Shown here: in pieces, positions 61,436 through 64,000 of the stretch
Position numbering within the stretch: position 1 is the stretch's first letter
Layout of the letters: the number at the start of each line of letters is the position of its first letter
Assembly: GCA_964019425.1 (NCBI GenBank)
Contig: OZ025796.1
Span: 620,001 to 684,000 of the forward strand
Origin: Flectonema sp. DT1601
Lineage: Eukaryota
Direction: 5' to 3'
DNA length: 64,000 bases
Made by a program: the position numbers and the translations under genes
The notes under the pieces: generated by a model
Told to the model about the DNA's origin: nothing
Database searches by the model: none
Seen by the model: only the letters and a program-made list of their open reading frames with translations

Positions 61436-61666
61436 GGGGGCGTCATAGTGCAGTGGATGGGGTGGTGCCCCCGCACCCAATCGGCCTCGGTTCGAACCCC
61501 GCTGTACGCACCGCGCCTCACAGCGCAATCAGTTTCCGTGTCGCATCCCCCATTGTCTCGAAAAAGTGAACGGCCACCCAGTAAGGGCAGCGCCTAAGCA
61601 ATTATAGTAGTAACAAAAAGAAGGAGAAACACAGTAGTGAAACACTCAAAAAAAAAAAAAAAAAAA
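61436..61666 (+). mobile_element. tRNA-derived SINE-like element with LINE-A-related motifs
   Basis: A box TAGTGCAGTGG, B box GGTTCGAACCC; CCGCGCCTCACAGCGCAATCAG matches the LINE-A 3' UTR (19631-19652); ends CACTC-poly(A). Confidence 0.6.
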
Positions 61667-61678
61667 GAAGCCTTCAGC

Positions 61679-61893
61679 AAAAAAAGAATCGGCAAACTTC
61701 ACTTTTTACTTACTAACTCACACTTTTATTTTGTTTGTGCGCAACCGGTAGAAAATCCTAATAAAGGAATAGGTAGTTACGCTGCCACAATTCTCTTTCT
61801 ACCGAACAATGGGTTTGTAGGTACAAAAAAGAATCGGCAAACTTCACTTTTTACTTACTAACTCACACTTTTATTTTGTTTGTGCGCAACCGG
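61679..61893 (+). repeat. ~69-bp direct repeat pair
   Basis: AAAAAAGAATCGGCAAACTTCAC...GCGCAACCGG at ~61680-61748 and 61825-61893. Confidence 0.85.
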
Positions 61894-61990
61894 ACCCCTT
61901 ATAAAATAGCCCATGCCTGTGTGACTCAGCACTACATTATATGCATGTATAAGCTGGAGTCGCGGCGCAGAAGGAGGACCCTTTAAAGGT

Positions 61991-64000
61991 CTACCTTTTT
62001 TGATTGTATCTCGAAGGCGCATCAGCGGGATTTTCAGCAGATGGTACGTACTTTACATGAAGGACAGAACTCGACTTCTCAAGTCCCGCCAACATCATCT
62101 CTAGCATCGGAGACGCCTGTTCCACTAGAGTGTATCCACGTTTAACCGCAGCAATCACAGCAACGTTGTCAACCGCGGCATGTATGTCGAGGAGTTGATG
62201 ATTCAATTCAATGACCTTGAGAACTCCATAGCACAGAGCATACATTTCCTTCACGTAAATATCGTATCCCTGAGGATTCACGAAGGAACCCCAAAATTCC
62301 TCAAAAGAAGCCAACAAGACAACTCCCCAACCAGAACCACTAGCATCAGTGGCGATTCTTATCACCTTGCGTTCTGGATCGATCACCCATGTTGCCCATT
62401 CGTTTTTGAAGAGCGCAGAGAACTGCACTTCAATGTACTTCGCGATTGGTTCAACAGATGTCAATTCAGTCCACGGACGTCCCAGGGCTGCAGTACGTGA
62501 CATCCAAGTAAGAATGGGGCGCAGAAATCTCATCAGACCGCCAAGAGCATAGAAACGCCACACCAAAATCCCACAAATCTTCCATGCGACACGAATCGGA
62601 ATAGGCTTTTCCAACAATGAAGTAATTGCAATCAGCTTCTGAGTCCACTCGGAACGACAACGTATACGTTTACGTTCGAGGTCCCATTCAATCCCAAACG
62701 CAGTCAGTTTCGTACCCACAGGATCAACATCCCCAAGTACAACTCGATATCTCTGGCAGAGTAATCTAAATTTAAGTCCAACTTCTTCAAGCTGACCCTT
62801 TTCATCAGACACAAAGACAACATTATCCATCCAAACCAGAAACCGAACAGACAGACCCGAAGTTGCAACTTCTGCGAGTTTCTCAGCAAACCTCTGACCC
62901 GCCTGCGGGGTGCACTTGAATCCCATAGGTGCTCGTTTCATACGTAACAGACGATTACCAACTCGAAATCCAAAGATGTTTCTTATCTCCGTAGGAAGTA
63001 GAAATTGAAAGTAAAACGATTTAAAATCAAACTGTGAAATCCACTCAGAACTCATTATCGTGTTGCGAATAGTCTGATACGAAGGCAAAGCACACTTGGG
63101 AATGACGACACCGTCCAGTGCTTTATTGACCCCTTTTGGGTTCAAAATAAAACGAAGAGCTCCAGGTTGTTTCTTTTTGACACAGAAGGCACCACTCAGA
63201 ATACGGCTTTTACACGAATGTGGAATCGATTCAGCAATGTCAAGGTCAATTAAGCGTTGAACATGAGGCTCTAGTAGTTTGTTCGGAGGACCCATTGCAC
63301 CTTTTTTTAAGGATGTGATGTGCCCACCAACGTCTAAAATCCATTTAAAATTGTCTTTGCACTCTGGATAGTCGTGCAGAAATGAATCTAAATCAATATG
63401 AGTCAGAGGTGACGAAGCGATCTCCCCTTCATAACAAGCCCTCCTTGCACGCGGAACGCCTGCTTCATCGAGCCATTCGGAAAAAGAGTCTGCATATCCA
63501 TAATCATCCATCGCACATTCGAGTGAAGACATCCCTCTAGGCCAGATATCCACGTTCAAATCTTCTGCAGCAGGTCTGTCGGCTGTAGGGAGTTCTTCGT
63601 GCCCTTCCAGGTCTCGTGAGGAATGTATTTGAGCGTTGACACGTCGGACTTGTGCCTGGCCAAGGTCTGAGCTGCGTCCTGTCCTATCTTTGTCGCGACA
63701 AAACCTAGTGCGGAATGTCTGACATAATGCGAGGTCGTCGCGATACGCCTCTTCAAAAACGCGTTGTAGTTGGATAGTGTCAAACCTGGAAAGATTTGGC
63801 TGTCGCCCTGCAGTGTAGTCAGCCAACGTCTCAGAATCTGGAAAAACGGACCGGTCGTATTGATCAATAGACCCTGTCCTTGGGCCCTGATGTCCGTCTT
63901 TCCCGCTACAAGAGTGATCAACGTCTGATTCCCTTTGATTGTACGAATGTGATGAACGCAGAGAAGTTCGAGATCCCGAAACCGACAAGCAAGCATCCAC
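61991..64000 (-). CDS. RT-RNase H of a tyrosine-recombinase retroelement (VIPER/TATE/DIRS-like); 5' end outside window
   Basis: LRFILN, DFKSFYFQ, PMGF, WMDN, FGIEWD (RT); TDASGSGWG, KEM, VDN, SAENPADAPSR (RNase H). Confidence 0.88.
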   Translation of the reverse strand: MDACLSVSGSRTSLRSSHSYNQRESDVDHSCSGKDGHQGPRTGSIDQYDRSVFPDSETLADYTAGRQPNLSRFDTIQLQRVFEEAYRDDLALCQTFRTRFCRDKDRTGRSSDLGQAQVRRVNAQIHSSRDLEGHEELPTADRPAAEDLNVDIWPRGMSSLECAMDDYGYADSFSEWLDEAGVPRARRACYEGEIASSPLTHIDLDSFLHDYPECKDNFKWILDVGGHITSLKKGAMGPPNKLLEPHVQRLIDLDIAESIPHSCKSRILSGAFCVKKKQPGALRFILNPKGVNKALDGVVIPKCALPSYQTIRNTIMSSEWISQFDFKSFYFQFLLPTEIRNIFGFRVGNRLLRMKRAPMGFKCTPQAGQRFAEKLAEVATSGLSVRFLVWMDNVVFVSDEKGQLEEVGLKFRLLCQRYRVVLGDVDPVGTKLTAFGIEWDLERKRIRCRSEWTQKLIAITSLLEKPIPIRVAWKICGILVWRFYALGGLMRFLRPILTWMSRTAALGRPWTELTSVEPIAKYIEVQFSALFKNEWATWVIDPERKVIRIATDASGSGWGVVLLASFEEFWGSFVNPQGYDIYVKEMYALCYGVLKVIELNHQLLDIHAAVDNVAVIAAVKRGYTLVEQASPMLEMMLAGLEKSSSVLHVKYVPSAENPADAPSRYNQKR
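63556..64000 (-). CDS. Tyrosine recombinase C-terminal part, overlapping the RT frame
   Basis: SHYVRH (HxxR) and LARHKSDVSTLKY (His and catalytic Tyr); Arg in ACRFRD. Confidence 0.8.
   Translation of the reverse strand, partial: WMLACRFRDLELLCVHHIRTIKGNQTLITLVAGKTDIRAQGQGLLINTTGPFFQILRRWLTTLQGDSQIFPGLTLSNYNAFLKRRIATTSHYVRHSALGFVATKIGQDAAQTLARHKSDVSTLKYIPHETWKGTKNSLQPTDLLQKI

Overview
Eukaryotic, spliced-leader (SL) trans-splicing genome. The 39-nt SL AACCAACGATTCTAAAGCTACAGTTTCTGTACTTTATTG points to a euglenozoan, most likely a diplonemid. Host content is limited to ~4-8.7 kb (two genes, one with GT-AG introns) and two identical tRNA-Gly(TCC) genes; the rest is mostly a nested retroelement cluster. 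It holds three families of ingi-like APE-RT-RNaseH LINEs (called A, B and C here), two giant RLE-type (CRE/SLACS-like) retrotransposons, tRNA-derived SINE-like elements, two MITEs and a VIPER/TATE-like tyrosine-recombinase retroelement. The RLE elements encode OTU and USP deubiquitinase-like domains and RNase H1 hybrid-binding domains. Highlights: (1) a LINE-C copy (28384-61422, 11-bp TSD) is split by a 27-kb insert with one short TSD, comprising an SL-capped kinase retrocopy, RLE element 1, an SL-capped 462-bp splice-site array and RLE element 2; (2) retroelement copies start with the SL, implying trans-spliced RNA intermediates; (3) LINE-C appears to express its pol by UGA-CUAG readthrough followed by a 2A (DVERNPGP) peptide; (4) the LINE RTs carry a PDZ-like insertion. 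All domain calls are from motifs read by eye; no searches were run.
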